A DNA stretch of 64,000 bases, taken from contig AP024681.1 in assembly GCA_025999335.1 (NCBI GenBank), forward strand, positions 459,547 through 523,546. The letters are read 5' to 3'. The notes beneath the pieces were generated by a model. It had not been told where the DNA came from, made no database searches, and saw only the letters and a list, made by a program, of their open reading frames with translations. Made by a program: the position numbers and the translations under genes. The first letter of the stretch is position 1, and every line of letters begins with the position of its first letter. Origin of the DNA: Candidatus Parcubacteria bacterium. Lineage in GTDB: Bacteria > Patescibacteriota > Minisyncoccia > UBA6257 > HR35. This document shows positions 9,982 through 19,901 of this stretch, one piece after another.

Positions 9982-11061
9982 ATGATTTATGGAATTTTTA
10001 AAGATAGATTTAATTTCTCTTTATTAATAATAACAATTGTTTTAAGTTTTAGTTTATTTTTTATTTCTTCTCAAAATAATCAAGTTTTAGCTCAACAAAT
10101 TTGTTTGCCAACTGATCAATATTTAATTTGGGAAGGAGATTGGCTTGCTAACAATATACCTATGACTTCTAGCACTCAAAATATTTTAGCCCCTTCGCCA
10201 ATGTTTGTTTTTAATAATAATATAGGTATTGGCACAACCACGCCTCAGTACACTTTACATGTTATAGGTAGTGTTGCCGCTGATACAGTTTGCATTGCCG
10301 GTGATTGTCGTAATGAATGGCCCGTTGCGACCGATAGTGTTAGTGGCTCAGGCGCAGTGTCGCAAGTTGCTTTTTGGGTTGACACAAAAAGAATAAGCGG
10401 AGATTCTAATTTTATTTGGAATACTTCTTCTCATACTTTAGTTGTTAATGGTACAGTAAGTTCAACAAATTTAATTGGTGCTTTAGATGTTGGTTATGTG
10501 CAAGCAGGTGTTTTTGGTAGTAAAGTTGGGATTGGCGATTATACCTTTCCATCTAATTTAACTATTAATAATAATTTATATGTAACTAATACTATTTTAG
10601 CAATGGCAACTATTACGACTAATAAAGCTTTTTGCATAAATAATAGTTGCATAAACGCTTGGCCCGAAACAGACTATGTTAGAGGTACAGGAACAACGGA
10701 TCGTTTAGTTAAATGGATTAATACTTCAACAGTAGGCAATTCAATTATCTATGAAAAAGACAACAAAATAGGTATTAACTATATTAATCCTGAAGCGACA
10801 TTAGACATAAACGGTTCTTTGCAAGTGTTATCATTTATTATGCCTCCAGGCGCGCAAGATGATTATGTTTTAACTTCTGATGATTCTGGTAGGGGAACGT
10901 GGCAACCAAAAGCATCTTTACCTGTGGGTGCTTGCGTTTTAGCTAGTTCTACTGATGCTATACCTCCAAATTCTGGTTTTTATATTGATGCCAGCGTTGA
11001 AGTTATTCAGCAAAACACTGCTACGGGTACATATTATTATATTTTTTGCAAAACTCAATAA
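9982..11061 (+). CDS. Secreted tail-fibre-like protein, a paralog of the N-terminal part of 11070..14318
   Basis: 359 aa. It has a signal peptide and NNNIGIGTTTPQYTLHVIGS; its ~250-aa core (VAFWVDTKRISGDSNFIW…NKIGINYINPEATLDINGS) is collinear with residues ~120–370 of the next protein. Confidence 0.6.
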   Translation: MIYGIFKDRFNFSLLIITIVLSFSLFFISSQNNQVLAQQICLPTDQYLIWEGDWLANNIPMTSSTQNILAPSPMFVFNNNIGIGTTTPQYTLHVIGSVAADTVCIAGDCRNEWPVATDSVSGSGAVSQVAFWVDTKRISGDSNFIWNTSSHTLVVNGTVSSTNLIGALDVGYVQAGVFGSKVGIGDYTFPSNLTINNNLYVTNTILAMATITTNKAFCINNSCINAWPETDYVRGTGTTDRLVKWINTSTVGNSIIYEKDNKIGINYINPEATLDINGSLQVLSFIMPPGAQDDYVLTSDDSGRGTWQPKASLPVGACVLASSTDAIPPNSGFYIDASVEVIQQNTATGTYYYIFCKTQ

Positions 11062-11069
11062 TTTAAAAA

Positions 11070-14000
11070 ATGAGTGTTAAAATAAAATTTATCTATATTT
11101 TTACTCTTTATTTAATTTTTCTGTTTCTGTTTTTTTTAGTTTTTTATACCATTACTCCATTAGAAAAAGTTCCAGCTCAATTAAGCTGTCCTTACGATGC
11201 CAAGAGATTAAAATTTGTTGGAGAATGGGGTTCGAATAATATAGTTATAACTACTAATAATGATAAATATTTATCAAAGTTAATATTTTTTCAAGCAAAT
11301 AATAATCAAGTGGCAATTAATAAAAGCATATCTTTAGCTAATAAAAATTTAGATATCATTGGCACTTTAGCTTTAACAGGTAATCTATGTCTTAATGGTG
11401 TGTGTCGTTCTGGTTTAAACGAAGTTCGTGGTTTAATTGGCGAGGGAGTTACAGGTTCAGTTGCTTTTTGGGTTGCTAATGATGAAATTCGAGGTGATTT
11501 TAATTTTATTTGGCAAACTTCAACAAGAAATTTGATAATATCTAATCTTGTTACTTCTACTCAGCTTAAAGGAACTTTAAAAGCTGACTATGTAAAAAGC
11601 GGTTCATTTTTAAATAATTTTTTTACTTTTCCGCGAAATTTGAGTATCGGCAATAATTTATATGTAACTAATACTATTTTAGCTAAAGCAACAATTACTT
11701 CTAATAGAGCTTTTTGCATAGGCACTGATTGCAAATCTTTCTGGCCCTGGTTATTGCAAAATTTTGTTCGTGGCAGTGGGACTATTAATTATATAGCTAA
11801 ATGGATTAACCTTGATACCATTAGTAAGTCAATTGTTTATGAAAATAACAATAAAATAGGCATCAACACAACATCATTAATTAGCGATGTAAATGTTGCT
11901 GGGTCTTTAAAATTAAGATGTCTTTTTTCTCCGACAACTACTTGTTTTATTTTGCCAACAACAACTCAAAGGGGCTTTGTTTTAACTTCAGACAGTAGCG
12001 GCAAAGCTTACTGGTCTTCATTTAGCCCAATTCCTCGAAATACATTTATTTTAAGTTTATATCCTGATTTAGATAAAAAATATCCTAATAATTGGAAATA
12101 TGCTAATGCTTATATTTTGTTAAAGTCTAAAGGTGCATGGCTTATACCAAGTTCTCAAAATTTTAAAGAACCAGATGATATATATGACAACATTGATCCT
12201 ATTCGTTTAAGTCAAAAAAGAAGCAATGCAACCGGAGTTCTATATGATTATGCAATAAATAACATAAACATAAAAAGGATATATATATTTGGAGGTAATG
12301 GTGGTGTGTCAAGTGGTAATAATGCTTTAAATACTATTGAATATTTAGATTTAAATTCTAGTACATATCAATTTATTAGCAGTACTACTGTTTTGCCGCG
12401 GAAAATAACTGATTCAAGCGCTGTTTTTAATTCAAACAATGGAGATGTTTATATTATTGGTGGTCGCGATCATGATAGTCTTGACTCAGATCAGCATATT
12501 TCAAATTCTGTTGTTATATGTAAGTTAAACTCGCAGAATCAACAATTAACATGCGGTGAAGATACGAATATTATAAAGCCTATGAATTATCGCCGTAGAT
12601 CTCATAAGGCTATTTTATATAATAATAAAATAATAGTTATTGGAGGGAAGGGTAGGCTTGCAAACGAACCTGATGCAAATAATAAAATTTTAAATACTAT
12701 TGAATATTTAGATTTAACGTCTGCTTCAAGCCAGCGAATATGGAAAATTGCGTCTGCAACTTTAACTGTACCACGAATAAATTTTGATATAGTTTTATGG
12801 CAAGATCCTAGCACCGGAAAGGATGTTGTTTATGTTATTGGCGGCAATGATGAAAACAATAAATGTTACAAAGACATAGAAAAAATTACTTTATCTACAG
12901 GAACAAATCCTATTAGTTCAGTAGAACGCCTAAATGATTTTATTTATTATGTAAGAGATCATTCCTTGGAGATTTTTCAAAAAAGAATTTTTTTGATAGG
13001 TGGTTCAGTCAATAGTCAGATTGGTTGCTATAATGCTAATTTTAGATCTGATCGCGCTTATTATACAGAATCAATCTCATCGTGGTCCTTACTTCCCGCT
13101 CGTTTAAAATATAATGTTTCAAAGCATGTTAGTATAAGTCTTTTTCAAGATAAACCCTATATTTTTGCAATCGGTGGCATCGCTCCTGGAGGAATTACAA
13201 GTTCTATTCAAATATACGATCCTTCTTATCCGGCTTTTATTTTGAATAGCGATTACGATTTACTTTATGATAATAGATCACAAGGAGCAGCTTCAGTGAT
13301 TGTTGATGATAAAATTTTTTACATAGGTGGCAATAGGTTGTCAAACTCATTCAATAAAGTGGCTATTTTATATTTAAATACTACTTCTCTAAAATGGGTT
13401 AATAGTCAACCTATTAATAAAGAGAGAACTTATGCGCAGGCAGTAGTTGCTCAGGGTTATGGTCTTGGTAATAATACTACTAAATATATTTATTTAATAG
13501 GTGGTCACACCGGCAATGCTGCTAATGTTAATAATAGTTTAAAAAGTGTAGAAATACTTGACTTAGAACAATTTAAGTCAAACACAAACACGCCATGGAG
13601 AGAAGTCGCCACCGCTTTTCAATTACCTGAAGAAAGAACTCATCATGGAGCCATAGTAGTTAAAAATAAAATATTTGTTGTTGGTGGTTTTACGCCTCGT
13701 GGTACTGGCTATGAGGTTACTACTTCTATTATAATGCTGAATCCAACAAGTAGTCTTATTGGAGGAAATAAATGGAAGTATGTTGGCAAATTGCCTAATC
13801 CACGTGCGAGATTTGCTATCGCGCCATTTCATAATGATGATAATAATGGTGACGGTTTTTATATTATTGGTGGCGTTACTGATGATATTAATTCCGTTTA
13901 TAAAGATTATACTAATAAGCGAGATGAAATAGTTAGGTGTACTATAAAAAATATCGATACACTTGATCCTTCTGTTGATTGCAAAGGAGCATTGAATATG

Positions 14001-14318
14001 TACTATCAGCGCATGGATGCAAGAGCTAATCTTCTTAATAATGAAATAATAATCATAGGTGGACGTAATCGGGGTACTTTTGATAGTATTGAAAAATTCG
14101 ATTGGCGAAATGTCACTTCTAGCAATACTGCTAGTAGCGTAAAAACTATATATTTGCCTTCAGTTTTGAATTTAGCAAGACATAGCCACATTTCTCATGT
14201 ATACAGGAATAAAATTTTTGTTATAGGTGGACATAGCGGTAGCAATCTTTTGACAGAGACAGAAATTTTTGACAATCCTATATATTACTTATATTATTAT
14301 ATCTATGGCAGTCAATAA
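11070..14318 (+). CDS. Large secreted protein: tail-fibre-like N-terminal domain followed by a 12-blade Kelch beta-propeller region
   Basis: 1082 aa with a signal peptide. Its N-terminal domain is homologous to 9982..11061. Twelve Kelch-like blades are marked by IYIFGGNGG, VYIIGGRDH, IIVIGGKGR, VYVIGGNDE, IFLIGGSVN, IFAIGGIAPGG, IFYIGGNRL, IYLIGGHTGN, IFVVGGFTPRG, FYIIGGVTDD, IIIIGGRNRG and IFVIGGHSGS. Confidence 0.7.
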   Translation: MSVKIKFIYIFTLYLIFLFLFFLVFYTITPLEKVPAQLSCPYDAKRLKFVGEWGSNNIVITTNNDKYLSKLIFFQANNNQVAINKSISLANKNLDIIGTLALTGNLCLNGVCRSGLNEVRGLIGEGVTGSVAFWVANDEIRGDFNFIWQTSTRNLIISNLVTSTQLKGTLKADYVKSGSFLNNFFTFPRNLSIGNNLYVTNTILAKATITSNRAFCIGTDCKSFWPWLLQNFVRGSGTINYIAKWINLDTISKSIVYENNNKIGINTTSLISDVNVAGSLKLRCLFSPTTTCFILPTTTQRGFVLTSDSSGKAYWSSFSPIPRNTFILSLYPDLDKKYPNNWKYANAYILLKSKGAWLIPSSQNFKEPDDIYDNIDPIRLSQKRSNATGVLYDYAINNINIKRIYIFGGNGGVSSGNNALNTIEYLDLNSSTYQFISSTTVLPRKITDSSAVFNSNNGDVYIIGGRDHDSLDSDQHISNSVVICKLNSQNQQLTCGEDTNIIKPMNYRRRSHKAILYNNKIIVIGGKGRLANEPDANNKILNTIEYLDLTSASSQRIWKIASATLTVPRINFDIVLWQDPSTGKDVVYVIGGNDENNKCYKDIEKITLSTGTNPISSVERLNDFIYYVRDHSLEIFQKRIFLIGGSVNSQIGCYNANFRSDRAYYTESISSWSLLPARLKYNVSKHVSISLFQDKPYIFAIGGIAPGGITSSIQIYDPSYPAFILNSDYDLLYDNRSQGAASVIVDDKIFYIGGNRLSNSFNKVAILYLNTTSLKWVNSQPINKERTYAQAVVAQGYGLGNNTTKYIYLIGGHTGNAANVNNSLKSVEILDLEQFKSNTNTPWREVATAFQLPEERTHHGAIVVKNKIFVVGGFTPRGTGYEVTTSIIMLNPTSSLIGGNKWKYVGKLPNPRARFAIAPFHNDDNNGDGFYIIGGVTDDINSVYKDYTNKRDEIVRCTIKNIDTLDPSVDCKGALNMYYQRMDARANLLNNEIIIIGGRNRGTFDSIEKFDWRNVTSSNTASSVKTIYLPSVLNLARHSHISHVYRNKIFVIGGHSGSNLLTETEIFDNPIYYLYYYIYGSQ

Positions 14319-16029
14319 AGAATTGGCAAAGGCCTTAAGATTGATAGCTTATTATTTGGCTTTAAAAAATATTCCTTTTAAACCTCAGGCTTATGAAAAG
14401 GCGGCTTATGTAATTGAATCCTTAGAGGAGGATATTGGTGAATTAATAAATAAACAAGGTAAGTATTTTTTAGAACAGCTACCGGGTGTAGGCAAATCTA
14501 TTGCTGAAAAAATTATTGAATATTTGCAATCCGGTAAAATTCAAGAATTAGAGAATTTAAAAAAAGAATTACCTGTTGATATCGAATCTTTGTTAAGAGT
14601 AGAAGGTATTGGTCCAAAGATGATTTATCGTTTATATAAAGAATTGAATATCAAAAATATCGATGATTTAAAAAAAGCTTGCCAAAAGCATCGTCTTAGA
14701 AATATTTATGGTTTTGGAGCTAAAAAGGAAGAAAAAATTTTAAAGAGTTTAGCTTTTTTAGATAAAACCGGTAATCGTTTAATTATTAGCGAAGCTTATT
14801 TTTTGGTTAAGGATCTAACTGATTATTTACAAAAAAGTAATTTAGCAGAAAAAATCGTTGTTGCTGGTTCTTATCGGCGTTTTAAAGAAACAATAGGCGA
14901 TATTGATATTTTAGTTGTTACTAAAAATATAAAACAATTTACAGATTATTTTCTTAATTATAAGGATATTCAGGATGTTTATGCTAAAGGAGATAAAAAA
15001 ATAATGGTTAGATTAGAAAATAATGTTGATGTTGATATTCGTGTTTTTGATAAAGAAAGTTTTGGAGCAGCATTGTGTTATTTTACTGGTTCCAAAGATC
15101 ATAATATTGCTTTGCGCAAGTTGGCTCTTAAAAAAGGTTGGAAATTAAATGAATATGGTTTGTTTGATAGAAATAATCGTAAAATTGCTGGCGCAACCGA
15201 AGAAGAAATTTATGCTAAACTTGGCTTACAATTTATACCACCGGAATTAAGAGAGAATAAAGGAGAAATAGAGCTAGCCTTAGAAAATAAATTACCTCAT
15301 TTAGTAGATTATGATGATTTAAAAGGTGATTTGCAGGTTCAAAGTGATTGGAGTGATGGCCAAGATTCAATTGAAACAATCGCAAAGGCGGCTATAAAAT
15401 TTGGTTTAGAATATGTTTGCATTACTGATCATACTAAATCATTAAAGGTTGCTAATGGCTTAGATGAGGAAAGAATTTTAAAACAAATGGCTGAAATTGA
15501 TAGAATAAATAAAAAATATCGCGGTAAAATTGTGATTTTAAAAGGCGTTGAGCTTAATATCCTTAAAAACGGTTCTGTTGATATTACTGATGATGTTTTG
15601 TCTAAATTAGATTTTGTCGGCGCTTCCGTGCATAGTTATTTTAATTTAGATAAAAAAACACAAACAGAAAGAATTAAAAAGGCAATGGCTAACAAAAATA
15701 TTGATTGCATTTTTCATCCTACGGGCAGATTAATCAATAAAAGACCTCCTTATGAAGTTGATATTGTTGATTTAATTGATTATGCAAAAAAAACTAATAC
15801 TTTACTCGAAATTAACGCTTATCCTGATAGACTTGATTTAAATGATGAGTATATTCGTTTATGCGTTGATAAAGGAGTTAAGATGTTGATTGACAGCGAT
15901 GCTCATTCAACTTCGCATTTTTCTTTTTTGAAATTTGGCATTGCCCAGGCAAGAAGAGGTTGGGCTTCAGCGGCTGATATTTTAAATACTTTAAAATTAA
16001 AAGACTTTTTATTATCTTTAAAACAGTGA
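14305..16029 (+). CDS. DNA polymerase X family protein with a C-terminal PHP phosphoesterase domain
   Basis: The track ORF starts at 14269 inside the previous gene. MAVNKELAKALRLIAYYL at the ATG at 14305 is the likely start. It has HhH motifs, a Pol-beta nucleotidyltransferase motif (GSYRRFKETIGDIDILV) and a PHP domain (CITDHTKS…HSTSH). Confidence 0.8.
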   Translation: MAVNKELAKALRLIAYYLALKNIPFKPQAYEKAAYVIESLEEDIGELINKQGKYFLEQLPGVGKSIAEKIIEYLQSGKIQELENLKKELPVDIESLLRVEGIGPKMIYRLYKELNIKNIDDLKKACQKHRLRNIYGFGAKKEEKILKSLAFLDKTGNRLIISEAYFLVKDLTDYLQKSNLAEKIVVAGSYRRFKETIGDIDILVVTKNIKQFTDYFLNYKDIQDVYAKGDKKIMVRLENNVDVDIRVFDKESFGAALCYFTGSKDHNIALRKLALKKGWKLNEYGLFDRNNRKIAGATEEEIYAKLGLQFIPPELRENKGEIELALENKLPHLVDYDDLKGDLQVQSDWSDGQDSIETIAKAAIKFGLEYVCITDHTKSLKVANGLDEERILKQMAEIDRINKKYRGKIVILKGVELNILKNGSVDITDDVLSKLDFVGASVHSYFNLDKKTQTERIKKAMANKNIDCIFHPTGRLINKRPPYEVDIVDLIDYAKKTNTLLEINAYPDRLDLNDEYIRLCVDKGVKMLIDSDAHSTSHFSFLKFGIAQARRGWASAADILNTLKLKDFLLSLKQ

Positions 16030-16041
16030 AATATTTATTTT

Positions 16042-17247
16042 TTAATTTTCTTGATCGTTGTTGTTTTTAGTTGCTGGTGAACGAGCGGTGATTAATTTAT
16101 AACTTAAAAAGATAATAACTATAAAAGCAATTGTAATCATAATCCATGGTAGAGATTTATATTTTTCTGTAAAGCGACTTTCTTCATTGTCGCAAGCATT
16201 GCCTAACTTATCTTCATCGTCATCTGTTTGATCAGGATTATAATTTAAAGGACAATTATCAAAAGCATTAATAACATTGTCATAATCATCGTCGTCACAA
16301 GCATCACCACGCCCATTATTATTTAAATCTTTTTGATCGGGATTATAAATATTGACACAGTTATCTTTAATATCAGGTATGCCATCTTTGTCGTCATCAT
16401 TTGGTTTAAATTGAGAATTAGAATGAATATTTTCTGGAGTAATGTTGAGAGAGTAAACATTCTTTTCGTTGATTAAATTTGCATTAATATACCCAGTATT
16501 ACCTATATAAATTTCAGGGTTATAGTACAATTTATAATTATGCCCAGGTTTTGCTAAAAATCTTATAAAATAATCTGTTGTTTGAAGAACATTATTTTGT
16601 TGCAAAATTAATTCCGTAATTCTTAAAGGCTGGCTAAAAAAGAAAGTTATAAGCCATTGATTACTTTTTGTTAGGGGGAAATTTATAGTATTATCATTAA
16701 TAGCTTCTTTGGCTAAAACTATTTTTTCTTGTTGACCTTCTATGACTTTAATTTCTATAAATTCAGGCATTTTTGTAAACCTATCTAAATAAAAACTTAT
16801 GCCTGATGATTCCAAAGGTTGAGCTGCTGATATTTTTAAAGTTACGCTATTATTAACTTTACTTACAGGAAATTCAACAAAAGTTTCGTAATTTTTATCA
16901 AAAGCTTTTTGTAATTCTTCTTTAGGTGTTTGATTATTGTATTCTTCGACAGTAAGAGGTATTTCTTGAACAGTAGAAACTTGGTTAAGATAGTAAGGTT
17001 CTAATTTTTTTTCAGTTTCATCAATAAGCAAAATAACATTAATAACATTCTTTAATTCATTAAATTTTAATTCAACAACTTTTGGTTGCGACAGAGGAAT
17101 ATTCTTAATATCAAGATAATGTCTAAATTTTGATATAAGATTATCGTAATTTTGACCGTAGACTGTTGAGAAAAATATTAATAATAAAATTAGAATTAAT
17201 CTATGATTGTTTTGAAGAAGATTCATAGCGATGTTTTTTAATTTCAA
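16042..17247 (-). CDS. Secreted protein with thrombospondin type-3 (calcium-binding) repeats and a C-terminal TM anchor
   Basis: 401 aa with an N-terminal signal. DDDKDGIPDIKDNCVNIYNPDQKDLNNNGRGDACDDDDYDNVINAFDNCPLNYNPDQTDDDEDKLGNACD is a classic TSP3 DxDxDG/NCP…NPDQ repeat run. The C-terminal hydrophobic helix is WIMITIAFIVIIFLSY. Confidence 0.65.
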   Translation of the reverse strand: MKLKNIAMNLLQNNHRLILILLLIFFSTVYGQNYDNLISKFRHYLDIKNIPLSQPKVVELKFNELKNVINVILLIDETEKKLEPYYLNQVSTVQEIPLTVEEYNNQTPKEELQKAFDKNYETFVEFPVSKVNNSVTLKISAAQPLESSGISFYLDRFTKMPEFIEIKVIEGQQEKIVLAKEAINDNTINFPLTKSNQWLITFFFSQPLRITELILQQNNVLQTTDYFIRFLAKPGHNYKLYYNPEIYIGNTGYINANLINEKNVYSLNITPENIHSNSQFKPNDDDKDGIPDIKDNCVNIYNPDQKDLNNNGRGDACDDDDYDNVINAFDNCPLNYNPDQTDDDEDKLGNACDNEESRFTEKYKSLPWIMITIAFIVIIFLSYKLITARSPATKNNNDQEN

Positions 17248-19129
17248 AAATAGCGCTTAATAATAAAATTAAACCGACGATGAAGAAAATAATAATTCTG
17301 CGTTCTATTTCTAATGCCCAGGTTTCAACAATTAGTATTCTTGCAATGACTAATAAAATTAAAGCCGCTCCTGTCTTTTTAATTATAGAATGATCAAACC
17401 TTAAGCCGTAAATATACAATCCTAAACCAATTAATACATAAATAGTCAAACTAACAACTGTGCCTAAGAAATAACCAGGATAATTGTTTATATCATAGGT
17501 GTTTCGTACGCTTTCTAAATTAGTTGTTATTAATAAAGCGTGAGAAATTGACCATATTAAATACAAAAATATAACCAAAGCTACAAGAGAATGTATGGTA
17601 GATATTTTTTGACCGATATTGATTTTTTTAAAGAATAAAGCAACAAGAGTAAAGCCTAACATAAGAACCGTTATTAAAAAAAAGCTATCGTGGAATATTC
17701 TTTCATCCCATGAGGTAAATTGCCGTTTTGGTAGATCATAGATATCGTGATAAGCGTAAGTATAAACTTTATACCATCGACCAGTTATAAAATAAGGCAG
17801 AGAAAACATTAAAAGAATAAACAGCATATAACTTAGAAATGTTGTCAGTTTCGTATTTTTTAAAGCTGCGTAGCTGGCAAAGCATAAACCCACTACTTCA
17901 ATCACCAAGGTTATAAGCAAAGAAACATCAGTTAAAAGAATATAGAAGGCATTATTTATAGTTATAAGGCTCATTAGGCTATAAATATAAACACCTAATT
18001 TTTGTTTTGTTGCTTGGAAAAGATAATAGGCTGCTATTATAAACAAGATAGACCATATGACTAAAACAAAAACTTGCCATTGCTCAGCAGTTACTTTGTT
18101 TATCCAATAAATAAGAAGTAGGGAATTGAGAATTGCTGAAATAAATATATTCCTTAATTCATTATTGGAATAATCTTTAATGCTGGCTCTAATAATTTCT
18201 ATTGTATTAGCAATAAAGAATATAAAAACTAATAAATAGGCAAATTTTAAGATTCCTTGTAGTTGAATTGCTGGTAAGTAAGAAGAGAACATTCCATCAA
18301 TATTTATAAAACTATATAAGAAAATAATCAGGATATTAATAATACCGAGAAATTTATTTTGCGTTGTTACCGATAACCAGAGATAGCCAATGGTTATTAT
18401 CGTTAAATAACTAAAAATGAAATAAATATTATAAGTTGAATAATTTAAAATTAAAGGCGCTATTGAACTAATAATTAAACTTAAAGCAGCGAGAAAAGGA
18501 CTATTGTATATATAACTTGTTGCAGTAACATATACTGAAGTTAAGAATATAAACGATAATGAAGCGATAGAATTAAAAAATTCATATAATATTTGCCCAG
18601 CGTAACTTGTGATAATAATGATAGCTAAACCTAAAATCGTCAGAACAGTTCCTTGCATTGAATATTTTTTGATTACTTTAGAGCCTATAAACAAAAAGAG
18701 TAAACCGGAAATAAAACCAATAGCAATTCTTCCTTGAGGACCAATAAGATTGTTTTTGAAAGCATAGGTTATAAACCATAAAAAGGCTAAAATTAATAAA
18801 AAAGCTCCGGCTTTCATTATCCAATTTTCTTTAAGCCAATCAATAAATGATCCTATGTGGCGATATTCTGGAAATTCTTCGGGAGCAGGTATTATTGGTG
18901 GTGGCGGTGGTGGTGGCGGTGGCGATGATATTAATGTTGGAATAGTTGAAGTCGGCGTTTGTTCAGGAGTTGGTTTTTCAGTTATTTCTTTAGTTTTAAG
19001 ATTAAGAGTTAATTCTTGAAGATTCTTTTCAAGTTTGTTCAGTCGATATTTTAGTGTGTTTATTTCTTGAAAGAAAATATAAGCAAAAATAATAATAATT
19101 ATTATTATAATAATCACTCCTATGTCCAT
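17201..19129 (-). CDS. Polytopic membrane protein with an N-terminal coiled coil and poly-proline linker (resembles DUF2339)
   Basis: 642 aa. It has a TM helix, a coiled coil (LKYRLNKLEKNLQELTLNLKTKE) and PPPPPPPPPIIPAP, followed by ~16 predicted TM helices. Confidence 0.55.
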   Translation of the reverse strand: MDIGVIIIIIIIIIFAYIFFQEINTLKYRLNKLEKNLQELTLNLKTKEITEKPTPEQTPTSTIPTLISSPPPPPPPPPIIPAPEEFPEYRHIGSFIDWLKENWIMKAGAFLLILAFLWFITYAFKNNLIGPQGRIAIGFISGLLFLFIGSKVIKKYSMQGTVLTILGLAIIIITSYAGQILYEFFNSIASLSFIFLTSVYVTATSYIYNSPFLAALSLIISSIAPLILNYSTYNIYFIFSYLTIITIGYLWLSVTTQNKFLGIINILIIFLYSFINIDGMFSSYLPAIQLQGILKFAYLLVFIFFIANTIEIIRASIKDYSNNELRNIFISAILNSLLLIYWINKVTAEQWQVFVLVIWSILFIIAAYYLFQATKQKLGVYIYSLMSLITINNAFYILLTDVSLLITLVIEVVGLCFASYAALKNTKLTTFLSYMLFILLMFSLPYFITGRWYKVYTYAYHDIYDLPKRQFTSWDERIFHDSFFLITVLMLGFTLVALFFKKINIGQKISTIHSLVALVIFLYLIWSISHALLITTNLESVRNTYDINNYPGYFLGTVVSLTIYVLIGLGLYIYGLRFDHSIIKKTGAALILLVIARILIVETWALEIERRIIIFFIVGLILLLSAIFEIKKHRYESSSKQS

Positions 19130-19217
19130 TTTATTTATGGGGTTTTTATTAACAATTTAATTATAAATTATATTTAAATTTATTTTTAGTTTACAGTGTG
19201 GATTACGGAATCAAATT

Positions 19218-19901
19218 TTAAGCAATAGTTAAAGCGATAATATTTTTTGCGCCAGCTTTTTTTAAAGTTTCAGCGCATTCTTTTAAAGTAGCGCCAGTTG
19301 TTTTTATATCGTCAACAAGAATAATATTTTTAGGCGGAAGAGATTTAAGATTAAAACTATTTTTTAAATTTTCTAAACGTTCTTTAAGATTTAAGCCAAC
19401 TTGATCTGGTGTATCTTTTATTTTTATTAAAATATCAGCTATAGGTATAGCCGCAGTTTGATTTATGGCTTGAGCTAAAATATTGGTTTGATTAAAGCCT
19501 CGATGTAGTAATTTTTTTTGAGTAATGGGAACTGGAGTTAGATAATAATTATCAAAATTAAGATTTTGTGTTTGCAATAGTAATTTACCAATTAGACAAC
19601 CTAAATCAAAAATTATCTGTGAGGCGTTGTTTTTGCCATATAAAATTATTTTTTTTAAAATTTCGTCTTCGTAATTACCAAAATGGAGATGTAATTTTAT
19701 AGGATTGCGATGGTTAGTAATATCACATTGTTCGTTAAGACGTTTGCCACATTGAAAACAGTTAATATATAATCGGAAATTTATTTTTTGAAGGCAGATC
19801 TCGCATAAATATTGATTTTTATTTTCGAGGCAGCTTAAACAGTATTTAGGTGATAGAATTTTTTGAATTAAATGATATAATTTAACTAATGATTTTTTCA
19901 T
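19218..19901 (-). CDS. comFC: ComF family competence protein (phosphoribosyltransferase domain)
   Basis: 227 aa. It has an N-terminal 4-Cys zinc finger (CLSC…CEIC…CFQCGKRL) and a C-terminal PRTase motif (IILVDDIKTTGATL). Confidence 0.75.
   Translation of the reverse strand: MKKSLVKLYHLIQKILSPKYCLSCLENKNQYLCEICLQKINFRLYINCFQCGKRLNEQCDITNHRNPIKLHLHFGNYEDEILKKIILYGKNNASQIIFDLGCLIGKLLLQTQNLNFDNYYLTPVPITQKKLLHRGFNQTNILAQAINQTAAIPIADILIKIKDTPDQVGLNLKERLENLKNSFNLKSLPPKNIILVDDIKTTGATLKECAETLKKAGAKNIIALTIA

Noticed and set aside
12602-14191. Three − strand ORFs (12602–12814, 13623–13832, 14006–14191) inside the Kelch gene
   Set aside because: Short antisense ORFs without signals. The + strand frame has clear repeated Kelch motifs.
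8654-14318. Interpreting the tail-fibre-like trio as a prophage remnant
   Set aside because: No capsid, portal, terminase, baseplate or integrase genes are present in the flanking 10 kb, and the neighbours are rplI and PolX. I kept it as a host adhesin module, though this cannot be excluded without the full genome.
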